The notes below the pieces were generated by a model that was not told where the DNA came from, did not search any database, and was given only the letters and a program-made list of their open reading frames with translations. Position numbers and translations under genes: made by a program. A stretch of 64,000 bases of DNA, taken from Planctomycetota bacterium. GTDB lineage: Bacteria; Planctomycetota; B15-G4; SIAN01. The stretch is taken from positions 1-64,000 of the forward strand of contig JANNXA010000045.1 of the NCBI GenBank assembly GCA_031409275.1. Reading direction: 5' to 3'. Below, one piece after another: positions 50,519-60,776 of the stretch (position 1 is the stretch's first letter; every line of letters starts with the position of its first letter).

Positions 50519-52549
50519 ATGAAACCCCTCGCCGCCGCCTGTCGCACCGCCCGTTTCGGAGCCCTCGCGGCGGGCGCCGTGGTCGGAGTCGCCGGCTGGC
50601 AATGGCCGACGCTCTTCGGCTCCGCCGGGGAGCGGCTGGGAACGGGGCTGCTGCTCGTGGTGGTGCCCACCGTCGTCGCCGCGCACGTCGCGCTGCCGCT
50701 GGCCCAGCGCCTCGCGAGCGCGGTCGCCGCCGCGCTCTGGAGCGGCGTGCTGGTCGCCGTCGTGGCGGCGCTCTACCTGCCGACGGTCACCCCGCTCGCC
50801 GTCGCCATCGCTGCCGCCGTCGGCGCGCTCGTGGGTGGACTGATTGGCCGCAGCAACTGGTTCGAGCGGCGCGCCGCCACCGTCGTCGCCGTGGTCGCGC
50901 TGGCGGCCGCCAGCAGCGTCGGCGTCGTGCGCCGCCCCCTGCCAGCCGAACCCGCGTCGCCCCACCCGAACACCTTCGTCTTCGGCCTCGACGCCGGCAC
51001 CTGGACGATCCTCGACGAACTGATGGCGAACGGCGACCTCCCCAACCTGCGCCGACTGCGCGAAGAGGGAGTGAGCGGCACGCTGCGCTCCGAAATCGAG
51101 TCCTCATCGCCGCGCGTCTGGACCACGATCGCCACCGGCAAGACCCCTTCGAAGCACGGTGTCGTCGACTTCTTCTGCACGCAGAACGACAACCTGACGA
51201 CGCGCCGTGTCTGGGAGATCTTGCAGGCGCAGGGCTACAGCGTCGGGTTGTTCCAGTGGCTGGTGACCTGGCCGCCCGACCCCTTCGATCCCTTCGTGGT
51301 GCCCGCATGGATGGCGCGCGGTCCGGAGACGCATCCGGCGGAGCTCTCGTTCATCAAGGAACTCGAGCTCGCGTTCCAGACCGGCGAGTTCGACCAATGG
51401 CGCGCGCAACGCGAATGGCCCACGCTGCTCACGCGACTGCGCGACTGGGGAGTCGGATACCTGCGCCACGGACTGCGCATGCCGACGCTGTGCGCCGCCC
51501 TGTCGCAAGCGTGGACGGCCGCGACGAGTCCGAGCTGGGAACTCCAGTACGGCGCCAAGCGGACGCTTCAGCTGCTGCTGAACGGCGACGTCTACCGTGA
51601 GCTCTACCGCCGCCACCAGCCCGACTTCTCCGCCTTCATCTGCTACGGGACCGACAACCTCGCCCACAAGTTCTGGCAGTACCACTACCCCGACGACTTC
51701 GCGATCCCGCACGGCGCCGCCGCCCCCTTCGCCAACCTGCTGACCGACTACTACCGCGCCGCCGATGCGCTGCTCGGCGAGGTGCTCGCGCTGCTGCCCG
51801 CGGACACGACGGTGGCCGTCGTCTCCGACCACGGCTTCACGTCGATCGGCGAAGGCGGCGAGTCGCACCAACGGGAGCTGCGTCCGAAGATGAGCCGGCT
51901 CGCCTCGCTGCTCGAGCTGACCGAACGCGACGTCCTCTGGTCGGCCGTCGCGACTCGCGGCTACTTCCGGCCCGTCGCAGGCGCCATCGGCGCCGACGCT
52001 GCCGCACGGAGGATCCTCGACTTCCTCGGCGGCTGCGAGGTCGTCGGCGGTCCGAAGCTCTTCGTGCCGAAGGTGCTCGACTCCGGCCAGATCGAGGTCG
52101 CGATCAACCTCGACGTGAAGTTCGAGCGCGACACCGAATTCGCCACGCCGAAAGGGCCGATGCTCCTCACCGACCTCGTCGACGTCGAGGATCGCACCGG
52201 CAACCACTCGATCGACGGGATCGTGCTGTTGCGCGGTCCGGCGTTTCGCCGCGGCGCGCGGATCGAGACCGCTCACCTCGCCGATGTGACGCCGACGCTG
52301 CTCCACTTGAATGGGTTCGCCGTCGGCGCCGACATGGACGGCCGCGTGCTCGAAGAGGCGTTCACCGATGCGTTCCGTGAAGAGCACTCGATCGAGCGCA
52401 TCGAGAGCTGGGACGATCTCGTGAATGTCACGCGCGCAGCGGCCGGACCAGGCGACGAGCGCGGGTGGCGCAAGTACGCCAGCGAACTCGGCTATGTCGA
52501 TGGCGGCGACAAGGCGACGCCCGCCGGAGCACCGAAGGAGCGGGAGTAG
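50519..52549 (+). CDS. Membrane-anchored alkaline phosphatase superfamily protein (type I phosphodiesterase/NPP-like)
   Basis: About 5 N-terminal TM helices; FGLDAGTW, SPRVWTTIATG...HG, D..AHKFW, VSDHGF, H..DGI, DVTPT, LGY. Confidence 0.88.
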   Translation: MKPLAAACRTARFGALAAGAVVGVAGWQWPTLFGSAGERLGTGLLLVVVPTVVAAHVALPLAQRLASAVAAALWSGVLVAVVAALYLPTVTPLAVAIAAAVGALVGGLIGRSNWFERRAATVVAVVALAAASSVGVVRRPLPAEPASPHPNTFVFGLDAGTWTILDELMANGDLPNLRRLREEGVSGTLRSEIESSSPRVWTTIATGKTPSKHGVVDFFCTQNDNLTTRRVWEILQAQGYSVGLFQWLVTWPPDPFDPFVVPAWMARGPETHPAELSFIKELELAFQTGEFDQWRAQREWPTLLTRLRDWGVGYLRHGLRMPTLCAALSQAWTAATSPSWELQYGAKRTLQLLLNGDVYRELYRRHQPDFSAFICYGTDNLAHKFWQYHYPDDFAIPHGAAAPFANLLTDYYRAADALLGEVLALLPADTTVAVVSDHGFTSIGEGGESHQRELRPKMSRLASLLELTERDVLWSAVATRGYFRPVAGAIGADAAARRILDFLGGCEVVGGPKLFVPKVLDSGQIEVAINLDVKFERDTEFATPKGPMLLTDLVDVEDRTGNHSIDGIVLLRGPAFRRGARIETAHLADVTPTLLHLNGFAVGADMDGRVLEEAFTDAFREEHSIERIESWDDLVNVTRAAAGPGDERGWRKYASELGYVDGGDKATPAGAPKERE

Positions 52550-52585
52550 TCGTCGTCGATCGGCGCCGCGGCGCGCTCGCGCCGC

Positions 52586-54373
52586 TCAGCGCCACCGCAT
52601 CGCGTAGGGCAGCGTGCACAGCAGCTGCCAACGCCCGCTGCCGGCAGGCGGCTCGGCGAGGAACGGCGCGAGCGCCTGTTCGAGGCCAGCGCCGCCGACC
52701 TCCCGCGCCAGCAGCGCCAACGGCGCCTTCACGCTCGCGAGACTCCCGAACTGCTCCTTCAACTGCTCGAAGAAGTCGGGCGCCTCGGGCAGCTCGCGCC
52801 GCGGCGTGCTCTTCGGGTCGAGTCGACCGCCGAGGAAGCACGCCATGGTGATCGCCTCGCGCAGCCCGCCGAAGCCGTCGATCAGCCCGATCTCCTTGGC
52901 TTCGCGACCGCTCCAGACGCGGCCGCGCGCGTTGAGTTCGAGCGCGACCGGGTCGAGCTTGCGACCCGCCGCGGCCTTGGCCACGAACTCCCCGTAGAGC
53001 TTCTGCATCGACGCTTCGAGCTTCCCGCGCAGCATCGGCGGCAGGCCGTCGCGCATGGTGGAGAGCTCTTCGGCGTGCGGGCCGTAGCCGACGACCTCGA
53101 CGTTGATGCCGACCTTCTCCCACGCTTGCGCGAGATTCGGCACCGCGGCGACCACGCCGATCGAGCCGGTCACCGTCGAGGGCTGCGCGAGGATGCGGTC
53201 GCACCCCATGGCGATCCAGTAACCGCCCGACGCCGCGACTCCGCCCATCGATGCGACGACGGGCTTCGCCTCGCGGCAGCGCTGCACGGCGCGCCAGATC
53301 AAGTCGCTGGCGAGCGCGCTGCCGCCCGGACTGTTGATGCGGAGGACGACTGCCTTCACCTGCTCGTCGGTGCGCGCGGTATCGAGTGCCTCGACGATGG
53401 TGTCGGCCCCCATCGTCTGACCGCCCAACCCGGCGCTGCTCTTGCCGCTCATGATCGCGCCGGTGGCGTAGACGATGGCGATGCGCGAGCCGTCGGGAAG
53501 TTCCTCGTCCTTCGGCTCGAGCAGCTCCTTCAGCTTGGTGAAGACCGTGAAGGGGTTGTCGAACTCGCTGAGGTCGAGCCCCTCTTCGCTGCCGTAGTCC
53601 TCCACCTTCGTGGGCGCGCTGCCGAGCAGCGTGGCCACCTTGGCGTCGAACTCATCCTCGTAGCCCACCGCGTCGATCAGGCCGAGCTCGAGCGCCCGCG
53701 CCGGAGCGAGCAGGACCTCTTCGAAGCCCGCTTCGACCTGCGCCGGCGCGACGTTGCGATTCTTGGCGATGGTGGCGACCATCGTCTCGTAACGCTCTTT
53801 GAGGAGTGCGCGCAACGAGGTGCGCTGGCCATCGCTCATCGAGTCGCGCGCCATGTCTTCGTAGGCGGTCTTGAACTCGCCGACGTGGAGCACGTCGTAG
53901 CGCACGCCCACCTTCGCGAGCAGCTCCTTCATGTAGAGGATCTCGGCCGCGGGCGCTTCGAGCGCGAGCTCGCCCTGCGGCGGGAGCATCAGCAGGTCGG
54001 CGACCGACGCGAACCAGAGCGCGCTGTCATCGAGCGACTCCGCGAAGCAGACGATCTTCTTGCCAGCGGCGCGCGCCGCCTGCAGTTCGCGAAGGACGTC
54101 CTGCGCGCGGGCGCCGTCGAGGCCATGGAACGGCGAAAGTCGGATCGCCGCCACGGCCGGGTCGTTGGCCAGCGCGCGCAGCCGCTCGAGCTCCGCCAGG
54201 AAGTTGCGGCCGCGCGGACCGAAGGGAGCGGAGGCGATCGGGTCTTCGTCGCCGAGTTCGCTCAGGTCGACCGTCACCAGTTGCGGTGCGTCAGCAGCCG
54301 GCTTCGACTCGTCGAGGCGGCCAAAGACGGGCAACAGCGTGCCAAGCAGGCACGCACCGAGCGTCGTGGACAT
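52586..54373 (-). CDS. sppA: Signal peptide peptidase SppA (67K type, S49)
   Basis: Tandem S49 domains; VGEFKTAYE, LRINSPGGS, AASGGY, TGSIGV, GRVWSG. Confidence 0.92.
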   Translation of the reverse strand: MSTTLGACLLGTLLPVFGRLDESKPAADAPQLVTVDLSELGDEDPIASAPFGPRGRNFLAELERLRALANDPAVAAIRLSPFHGLDGARAQDVLRELQAARAAGKKIVCFAESLDDSALWFASVADLLMLPPQGELALEAPAAEILYMKELLAKVGVRYDVLHVGEFKTAYEDMARDSMSDGQRTSLRALLKERYETMVATIAKNRNVAPAQVEAGFEEVLLAPARALELGLIDAVGYEDEFDAKVATLLGSAPTKVEDYGSEEGLDLSEFDNPFTVFTKLKELLEPKDEELPDGSRIAIVYATGAIMSGKSSAGLGGQTMGADTIVEALDTARTDEQVKAVVLRINSPGGSALASDLIWRAVQRCREAKPVVASMGGVAASGGYWIAMGCDRILAQPSTVTGSIGVVAAVPNLAQAWEKVGINVEVVGYGPHAEELSTMRDGLPPMLRGKLEASMQKLYGEFVAKAAAGRKLDPVALELNARGRVWSGREAKEIGLIDGFGGLREAITMACFLGGRLDPKSTPRRELPEAPDFFEQLKEQFGSLASVKAPLALLAREVGGAGLEQALAPFLAEPPAGSGRWQLLCTLPYAMRWR

Positions 54374-54542
54374 CGCGGCTCTCCAGGAGAACAGGGCGAA
54401 GCGTGGCGTTTGCGGCGAGCGGCACGGCAAAGCGGGGGCCGCGCGATCACGCGGCGAGATCGACTCGACGGGACAGGCAGGACCACCGCGAGCGCACGAT
54501 GCGGCGCGCGGGGTCGAAACGGGGCCGGTGGCGAGGACCCGT

Positions 54543-54560
54543 GAGGCGCCGTGGCGCCTC
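54543..54560 (-). terminator. GC-rich inverted repeat immediately downstream of the tRNA
   Basis: GAGGCGCC-GT-GGCGCCTC; no U-tract. Confidence 0.35.
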
Positions 54561-54565
54561 GTTCG

Positions 54566-54640
54566 TGGAGCGGGTGATGAGGATTGAACTCACGACAACC
54601 ACGTTGGCAACGTGGTGCTCTACCACTGAGCTACACCCGC
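54566..54640 (-). tRNA. tRNA-Gly(GCC)
   Basis: GCGGGTGTAGCTCAGTGGTAGAGCACCACGTTGCCAACGTGGTTGTCGTGAGTTCAATCCTCATCACCCGCTCCA: full cloverleaf, GCC anticodon, encoded CCA. Confidence 0.98.
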
Positions 54641-54653
54641 AACGAGGGCGGGG

Positions 54654-54682
54654 AAGATAGAGCCGCCTGCGAACGATGTCAA
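54654..54682 (-). promoter_or_regulatory. Sigma70 promoter of tRNA-Gly
   Basis: TTGACA-N17-TATCTT followed by a GC-rich discriminator. Confidence 0.85.
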
Positions 54683-54801
54683 ACCGCTGCCGGCGTCAGG
54701 AAAAGAATCATCGGAACGATTCGAGCGAAGCGATCGGCCGCGGCTGCACGCGGCGATCGGCAGGTCGCTCCCCTTGGCAGACGACCGTCCGGTCGGCGTC
54801 C

Positions 54802-55611
54802 TCAATCGCGTGGCGGGAGCCCAAGGTACGGCCGCCCGGCACCGTACCTGCGCGCGCCGGCGCGCGCGCGGGCCAACCAGCGCTGTGCCGCCGCGATCGC
54901 CGAGAGCCACGGCTCCCCGCCCGCAACTCCCGCTGAGATCGCCGACGCCAGCGCGCAGCCGGTGCCGCGCGGCGAGACGCCGCGCTGTCGCGGCTGAACG
55001 AATTCGTGGCTGCCGAAGCGGCCGCACAAGAAGTCGACGACCGCGCCGCGCGAAGCGAGGTGACCGCCCTTCAGCAACACGGCCGCCGGCCCGAGTTCGA
55101 GCAGCGCTCGTGCCGCCGCCATCGGCTGGCGCACGATCGCCGCGTGCGTCCAGCCCAGCAGCTCCGCCGCTTCGAGCGCATTGGGCGTCAGCAACGTCGC
55201 CTTCGCCACGATGCTTCGCCGATAGAGCGCAAGCGCGCTCGCCGGCAGCGTCCGCTCGCCGCGGGTCGGCGCGAAGACGGGATCGACCACGAAGGGGACT
55301 TTCGGACAGGCGGCTGCCAGCTCGCCGATCCGCTCGATCCACGCGCGATTCGCCACCATGCCCACCTGCACGACGGCGATCCGCGCGTCGCGGCGCAACG
55401 CCGCCAGCGGCCGCGCCATCGTGTGCACGGAGGTCGGGGTCACCGCCGACAATCCGACCGCCGTCTGCAGCGTCACGCAGGTCGCCAGCGCCGCCGCGTG
55501 GCTCCCGAAGATCGCGTGCACCTTGAGGTCGAGTTCGAGCCCGGCACCGCCGCTTGGGTCGGAGCCGGCAAGGAGCAGCGTGAGCGCGGCACGCCGGCGC
55601 GCAGCGCTCAC
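54802..55611 (-). CDS. thiD: Hydroxymethylpyrimidine/phosphomethylpyrimidine kinase
   Basis: AGSDPSGGAGL..DLK, VVDPV, LTPN..EA, LLKGGH, GTGC.LASAI. Confidence 0.9.
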   Translation of the reverse strand: MSAARRRAALTLLLAGSDPSGGAGLELDLKVHAIFGSHAAALATCVTLQTAVGLSAVTPTSVHTMARPLAALRRDARIAVVQVGMVANRAWIERIGELAAACPKVPFVVDPVFAPTRGERTLPASALALYRRSIVAKATLLTPNALEAAELLGWTHAAIVRQPMAAARALLELGPAAVLLKGGHLASRGAVVDFLCGRFGSHEFVQPRQRGVSPRGTGCALASAISAGVAGGEPWLSAIAAAQRWLARARAGARRYGAGRPYLGLPPRD

Positions 55612-56429
55612 GGCCGTTCACCGCGCAGGTGTCGCGCCGCGGCCAGTAGCGGTCCCGGTCCCTGGAAGGGCTCGGCGCGCAGCACCAACGTGCATTCGCC
55701 GGACAAGGCGCCGATCACGGCTTTCAGATCGACCTCGCCGGCTCCTGCCGGCAAGCCGCAGTATCCCGCCACGGCGTCCGTCGCATCGAGCCCGACGCAG
55801 CGTCCCGCGAGTTGATCGAGCCAGCGCGGCGCCGCCGGACCGCCAGCGTGCCCGAACGCCGCCGCTCGACCGCTGTCGTGCCACCAAGCCACCTGACGAC
55901 GACGCGCAAGATCGGCAAGGACGGCAGCCACCGCTTCCGGCGTCCACCACTCGCTGCGTGTCCGCGGCAACGCGAGTGCGATGCCCTGATCGGCACGTGG
56001 CTGCGTGGCTTCGTGGAGCGCACGGCAGAGTCGCTCCAGGCGCCGATCGCGCTCGGTCGGCGACACCGCCTCTTTGCCGCTGCCGTCACTCGCTTCCGGC
56101 AGCTCGACGATGGTCCAGCGCGCTCGCATGGCTGAGGCGAGGTCGAGCGAACCTTGGAGATCTCCGACGGCGGCCGCCAGCACGACCGGGTCGGCCGCGA
56201 CCAACGAGCGCGGGACGCCGACCGACGCCCCACCGCAGAGGAAGGGATGACGGATCGCCGGGCAGCGCACGCCCGAAAGGTCGCGCCGCATCCGCTCGGC
56301 AGCAGGAGCCGCCACCGTCCCACCGGGAACCCACGCCCGGACGCGCAGCGCCTCGAGCCACCCCGCGACCTCTTCGAGCGGGGGCAGTTGGCCCGACGTC
56401 GCATCCACTGCCAGTGCCAACTCGCGCAT
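55608..56429 (-). CDS. Divergent sugar-phosphate isomerase/epimerase-like TIM-barrel protein
   Basis: WWHDSG, D....GLPAGAGEVD; metal ligands look degenerate; coupled to thiD. Confidence 0.55.
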   Translation of the reverse strand: MRELALAVDATSGQLPPLEEVAGWLEALRVRAWVPGGTVAAPAAERMRRDLSGVRCPAIRHPFLCGGASVGVPRSLVAADPVVLAAAVGDLQGSLDLASAMRARWTIVELPEASDGSGKEAVSPTERDRRLERLCRALHEATQPRADQGIALALPRTRSEWWTPEAVAAVLADLARRRQVAWWHDSGRAAAFGHAGGPAAPRWLDQLAGRCVGLDATDAVAGYCGLPAGAGEVDLKAVIGALSGECTLVLRAEPFQGPGPLLAAARHLRGERP

Positions 56430-56631
56430 GCTCGCCGCCTCCTCGACGGTGCGGCCGCGAAACGGCCGACCACTCCGGCACCACTACCCCATTCCCCGGG
56501 CGGCGGCAGACAATTATCTAACAGCGCCCAAGATGCCCCGGTACCAGCCGAGTACGTCTGGCTCCATGCGGAATGAAGCACCAGCGAACCTCGCTGCCCC
56601 GCGGGGTTCGTCTCCAACAAGAGGAATGAGC

Positions 56632-59184
56632 ATGAGACATTTGGCCTGGACCTCCTGGAAGACGGCAGCATTGCTTGCCGTCATGACCAGCGGCGCCGTC
56701 GCGCAGAGCGCGCCGATGCCCGCGTCGACGCCAGGCGGTGAAGCCACCGCGCCGGCCGCCGATCGCCCCTACCTCGGCGTCTTCATCGAAGGCGCGGCCG
56801 ATGGTGGCGGCGTGAAGCTCGCCGAGATCGTCGAAGGCAGCCCGGCCGCGAAGGCAGGGCTCCAGGCGGGCGACGTGATCGTCGCGTTGGGCGACCGCAC
56901 GATCGGCTCCGAAGAAGAGCTGCGCGATGCCATCACCTCGATGGGCGTCGGCGCCAAGACCAAGATCACCTTCCTGCGTGACGGCGAGAAGCGACGCACC
57001 AGCGCACGGCTCGCGGCCGCGCCGGCGGAGATGGAAGGCGAGGAAGGTGAGGAAGGCGAGAACGAGGGTTCCGGCGACGAGCGCAACGCGACGATCGAGT
57101 TCAACCAAGTCACCGACGCCTCCGATTTCGGCGGCATGGTCGAACTCGCCCCGATGTCGGACGACAACGCCGGCTGGATGGGCGTGCAGCTGCAGGCGAA
57201 CGACGAGGGCGAGGTCTCCATCCTCGCGGTCGTTCCCGGCTCCCCCGCCGAAGCGGTCGGCCTTCAGGCCGGCGATATCTTCGAGCGCTTCGACACCGAT
57301 GAAGTCGACTCGGTCGAAGGTCTGGTCGAACAGGTCCGCGAGCACCAGGCCGGCGACGTCGTCAAGCTGCGCGTGCGGCGCGGCGACAAGGTCCTGAAGC
57401 CCAAGCTCACGCTCGGCAAGCGCGACGCAAATCTCGCGGTGCCCGGCATGAGCAGTGGGATGGCCTCGATCGAACTCGTGCCGGCGGCGACCCCAGCCGC
57501 CCCGTCTGCCAACGCCGGACCGACTCCGCCCGGCCGTCTGCACGCGCGAATCGCCGCTGCGCGCGGTGCCGCTGCCGCCGGCAACGCCGCCCCTTCGGCT
57601 GAGAGCGCGGAAATGCAGAACACGATCCGCGCGCTGAAGCAGCAGGTCGACGAGCTGCGTTCACGTTGCGAAGAGCAGCAGCGGATGCTGGAGCGCGTCC
57701 GCGAGGCGCTCGGTGGCGGCAGTGGCGGCGGTGGCCGTCGCGAGCCGCAGCCCGATTCGATGCCGATGCCGGCACCGATGCCCGGCGGCTCGCTCTCCTT
57801 CGCTCCCGGTGGCGAAGCGGGCTCCCTCGCGATCGGCGGTGGCGACGTCAGCTTCACGCTGAGCCCGCTCAGCTCCGGCACCTTCGCCGTCGACACGGCA
57901 CGTGACACCACCGAGGAGACGGTCCGCGCGTTGAGTGAATCGGCCGACCAGACGGTCCGCGCCATCACGCTCGAAGGGCAGAACCTCACGTTGCAACTGC
58001 AAGGGGCCAACGACGGTGCCGCCCTCTGGACCATGGACGGCGATGCCGTCGCCACGATCCAGGGCATGGCCAGCTGCACCGCCGGTGGCGACGACTGCTG
58101 CGCGAGCGGCGAGTCCAACGCCGATTCATGCTGCGCGAGCGGCGAGTCGGACGACGGCTCGTGCTGCGCGAGCGGCGAGTCCAAAGCGGACTCTTGCTGC
58201 GCGAGCGACGGATCCGATTCCGAAGCTTGCGCCGCGACGACCTGCGATGAGGCGGGGGCGGACGGTGCGCTGATGTTCACCTTCTCCGACGCGACTGGAA
58301 ACGTGACCGCCGGTAGCGCCGAGGGGATCGCGCTGTTCGGCGGCGACGAGGGCGGTCGCATCCGCCTCGTGACGACGAATGGCGGCGACGGCGGCTCGTG
58401 GACGACCGCCACGCCAACCAAGCCTGCCAAGGCGCAGAAGGTGAAGTCGGTCAAGGGGATGAAGATCGAGCCGGCCAAAGAGGCGACGTGGATCGTCACG
58501 GAGAAGGCTCACCAGGGCCGACTGCTCGACGATGGCCGCTGCGAAGATTGCCAGGCTCCCTGCTGCCAGCAGCCGCGCGGCAAGATGCCCGCCGAGTTTG
58601 GTCGTCGCCCCGAAGCGGCGCCCCGCGGCGCGGCCGGCCGCGCGCTGCCCCCGATGGTCGCTCCTCGCGCCCCGCGTGCTCCGCGTGCCGCCGTCGCTTC
58701 CCGGGCCGCACGTGCGCCGCGCGCTGCCCAGGCGCCCCGCGCACCGCGGCTGCGCGTGGAGACGCGCGAGGTCGAGGAATCGGAATCGTGCGCGTGCGAG
58801 TGCCCGGCCATGAAGGCGCATGGCCAAGGACACGGACAGGGACACGGCGCCGCGATGCCGAAGCTGCTGCGCCTGCATTCCATCGCGCCGCACCACGGCA
58901 AGGCGCTGCTGCGCTTGCACACGAGCCAGGGTGACAGCGAGATCGAATCGGGCGAATTCGAGTTGGCGTTCAGCCCCGACTCGAACGACGAGGTCACGCA
59001 GTTCGAAGGCATGCGCCTCGAGGTCGACGGATCCGAGGACGGAGCGCTCTTCTTCGAGATGCCGTGCGAGATCGAGTGCACGCTCGACGGCGATGACTCG
59101 GAATGCAACGTCGACTGCGACGAAGAGTGCGAAGTTCAATGCGAAGTGCAGTGCGCGGTCGATTGCGACGACAGCGGGAAGTGA
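56632..59184 (+). CDS. Exported double-PDZ protein with coiled coil and Cys-rich low-complexity regions
   Basis: GAGGA RBS, signal peptide; two PDZ domains (PYLGV...GSPAAKAGLQAGDVI; GWMGV...GSPAEAVGLQAGDI); no protease domain. Confidence 0.82.
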   Translation: MRHLAWTSWKTAALLAVMTSGAVAQSAPMPASTPGGEATAPAADRPYLGVFIEGAADGGGVKLAEIVEGSPAAKAGLQAGDVIVALGDRTIGSEEELRDAITSMGVGAKTKITFLRDGEKRRTSARLAAAPAEMEGEEGEEGENEGSGDERNATIEFNQVTDASDFGGMVELAPMSDDNAGWMGVQLQANDEGEVSILAVVPGSPAEAVGLQAGDIFERFDTDEVDSVEGLVEQVREHQAGDVVKLRVRRGDKVLKPKLTLGKRDANLAVPGMSSGMASIELVPAATPAAPSANAGPTPPGRLHARIAAARGAAAAGNAAPSAESAEMQNTIRALKQQVDELRSRCEEQQRMLERVREALGGGSGGGGRREPQPDSMPMPAPMPGGSLSFAPGGEAGSLAIGGGDVSFTLSPLSSGTFAVDTARDTTEETVRALSESADQTVRAITLEGQNLTLQLQGANDGAALWTMDGDAVATIQGMASCTAGGDDCCASGESNADSCCASGESDDGSCCASGESKADSCCASDGSDSEACAATTCDEAGADGALMFTFSDATGNVTAGSAEGIALFGGDEGGRIRLVTTNGGDGGSWTTATPTKPAKAQKVKSVKGMKIEPAKEATWIVTEKAHQGRLLDDGRCEDCQAPCCQQPRGKMPAEFGRRPEAAPRGAAGRALPPMVAPRAPRAPRAAVASRAARAPRAAQAPRAPRLRVETREVEESESCACECPAMKAHGQGHGQGHGAAMPKLLRLHSIAPHHGKALLRLHTSQGDSEIESGEFELAFSPDSNDEVTQFEGMRLEVDGSEDGALFFEMPCEIECTLDGDDSECNVDCDEECEVQCEVQCAVDCDDSGK
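58096..58227 (+). repeat. 33-bp intragenic tandem repeat x4 encoding CCASGES-x4
   Basis: TGCTGCGCGAGCG units start at 58096, 58129, 58162 and 58195. Confidence 0.9.
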
Positions 59185-59223
59185 TCCCGCGCCGCTGACC
59201 GCACGCAAAAGAGAGGTCCGATC

Positions 59224-59260
59224 GGGGCGCCGGTGAGCCGCAAGGCTTGCCGGCGCCTCG
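59224..59260. terminator. Hairpin between convergent genes
   Basis: GGCGCCGGTGAGCC-GCAA-GGCTTGCCGGCGCC with a GNRA loop. Confidence 0.55.
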
Positions 59261-59282
59261 CCCTCTTCAGGCGACCTCCGCG

Positions 59283-60728
59283 CTACACCTTCAAGTCTTC
59301 GAGGCCCGCACGCCCGGTGCGGCGCAACGGCGCGAGCGCAGGCTCGACCTGCTCGGCAAGGAACTCGGTCGCCTGCTCGCGCGCGCGTCCGACCAATGCT
59401 GCGCCCCCGGCGATCGCGGGCAACTGCTCTTTCACGGCGCCAAACGCTGGATCGACCGCAAGTCGCGCGAACAGATCGTTGTCCGCCGCGCCGCCCTTCA
59501 TGCGCTCCGCCGCGGCACGCGCATGGATGCGGATCTGCTCGTGCAGCAACTGGCGATCGCCGCCCGCCTGCACCGCCCGCATCAGGATCTCCTCGGTCGC
59601 CATGAACGGCAGCTCGCGCTGCAAGTGCGCTGCGATGCGCGCCTCGTTCACGATGATCCCTCGGAAGATGCTGTGGTAGATCCGCAGCACCGCATCCGCC
59701 GCGAGGAACGACTCGGCCAGCACGATGCGTCGATTGGCCGAATCATCGAGCGTGCGTTCGAGCCACTGCTGGCCGGCCGTCTCTGCCGCGTTCGCCGGCA
59801 GGTGGATCAAGTAGCGCGCCAGCGACACCATCCGCTCGGCGCGCATCGGATTGCGCTTGTAGGCCATCGCCGACGAGCCGATCTGCTTCTCCTCGAACGG
59901 CTCCTCGATCTCCTGCTCGTGCGCGAGGAGACGCAGGTCGTTGCCCGCCTTCGCCGCCGATTGGCCGATTCCCGAGAGGATCGTCAACAGCCGATAGTCG
60001 AGCTTGCGCGGATAGGTCTGTCCGCACACCGCGACCGTGGTCGCGAAACCGAGCCGCTTCGCGAATCGGCGATCGAGCTCCTTGACCTTGGCGTGGTCGC
60101 CGTGGAACAGCGTCAGGAAGGAGGCCTGAGTGCCGGTCGTCCCTTTCAGGCCGCGCGCGGGCAGCTCGTCGAGCAGTCGGTTCAGCTCGGCGAGATCGAA
60201 GAGCAGATCCTGCAGCCACAGGCACGCCCGCTTGCCGACCGTGGTCGGTTGCGCCGGCTGGAAGTGCGTGTAGCCGAGCGTCGGAATCGACTGCGTCCGG
60301 GCCACGAAGGCGGCGAGCTGCTCCATCACCTGGACGAGCGAGTCGCGCAGCAACAGCAGCGCGCGCTTCATCACCACGAGGTCGGCGTTGTCGGTCACCG
60401 TGCACGACGTCGCGCCGAGATGGAGGAACGGCTGGGCCGGCGGATGCAGCTCGGCGAATGCGTGCAGGTGCGCCATCACATCGTGGCGCAACTCCTGTTC
60501 GAGCGCCGCCGCGCGGGCGAGGTCGATCTCGTCGATGCGCTTCTCGAGCGCGTCGATGTCGCGCCCCGGCAGGTCGAGGCCGAGCTCGAGCTGCGTGCGC
60601 GCCAGCGCGATCCAGATCTCGCGCCACAGTCGTGCCCGCGCGCGATCGGAGAAGAGCTCCTGCATCGCTTTGCTGGTGTAGCGCGACGACAACGGGCTGC
60701 GCCACAACGCACCGGCCGGCTCCGCCAT
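59283..60728 (-). CDS. purB: Adenylosuccinate lyase
   Basis: RHDVMAH, HLGATS, TH.QPAQPTT, GSSAMAYKRNP, ERTLDDS. Start may extend to 60755. Confidence 0.96.
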   Translation of the reverse strand: MAEPAGALWRSPLSSRYTSKAMQELFSDRARARLWREIWIALARTQLELGLDLPGRDIDALEKRIDEIDLARAAALEQELRHDVMAHLHAFAELHPPAQPFLHLGATSCTVTDNADLVVMKRALLLLRDSLVQVMEQLAAFVARTQSIPTLGYTHFQPAQPTTVGKRACLWLQDLLFDLAELNRLLDELPARGLKGTTGTQASFLTLFHGDHAKVKELDRRFAKRLGFATTVAVCGQTYPRKLDYRLLTILSGIGQSAAKAGNDLRLLAHEQEIEEPFEEKQIGSSAMAYKRNPMRAERMVSLARYLIHLPANAAETAGQQWLERTLDDSANRRIVLAESFLAADAVLRIYHSIFRGIIVNEARIAAHLQRELPFMATEEILMRAVQAGGDRQLLHEQIRIHARAAAERMKGGAADNDLFARLAVDPAFGAVKEQLPAIAGGAALVGRAREQATEFLAEQVEPALAPLRRTGRAGLEDLKV

Positions 60729-60776
60729 ACCCCGATCGCTCCCGCCCATCGCCATGCTCCTACGCGCCGCAGCGTC

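Noticed and set aside
54480..54800. tRNA-Gly as an integration site for an island
   Set aside because: No integrase, no duplicated tRNA 3' end noticed, and the flanks are housekeeping genes (sppA, thiD).
56585..56612. ECF-type promoter upstream of the PDZ gene
   Set aside because: AAC-to-CGT spacing is 19 bp, too long; the segment is better explained as a hairpin (CGAACCTCGC/GCGGGGTTCG).
58096..58227. CRISPR-like array
   Set aside because: In-frame 33-bp coding repeat with no unique spacers and no cas genes.
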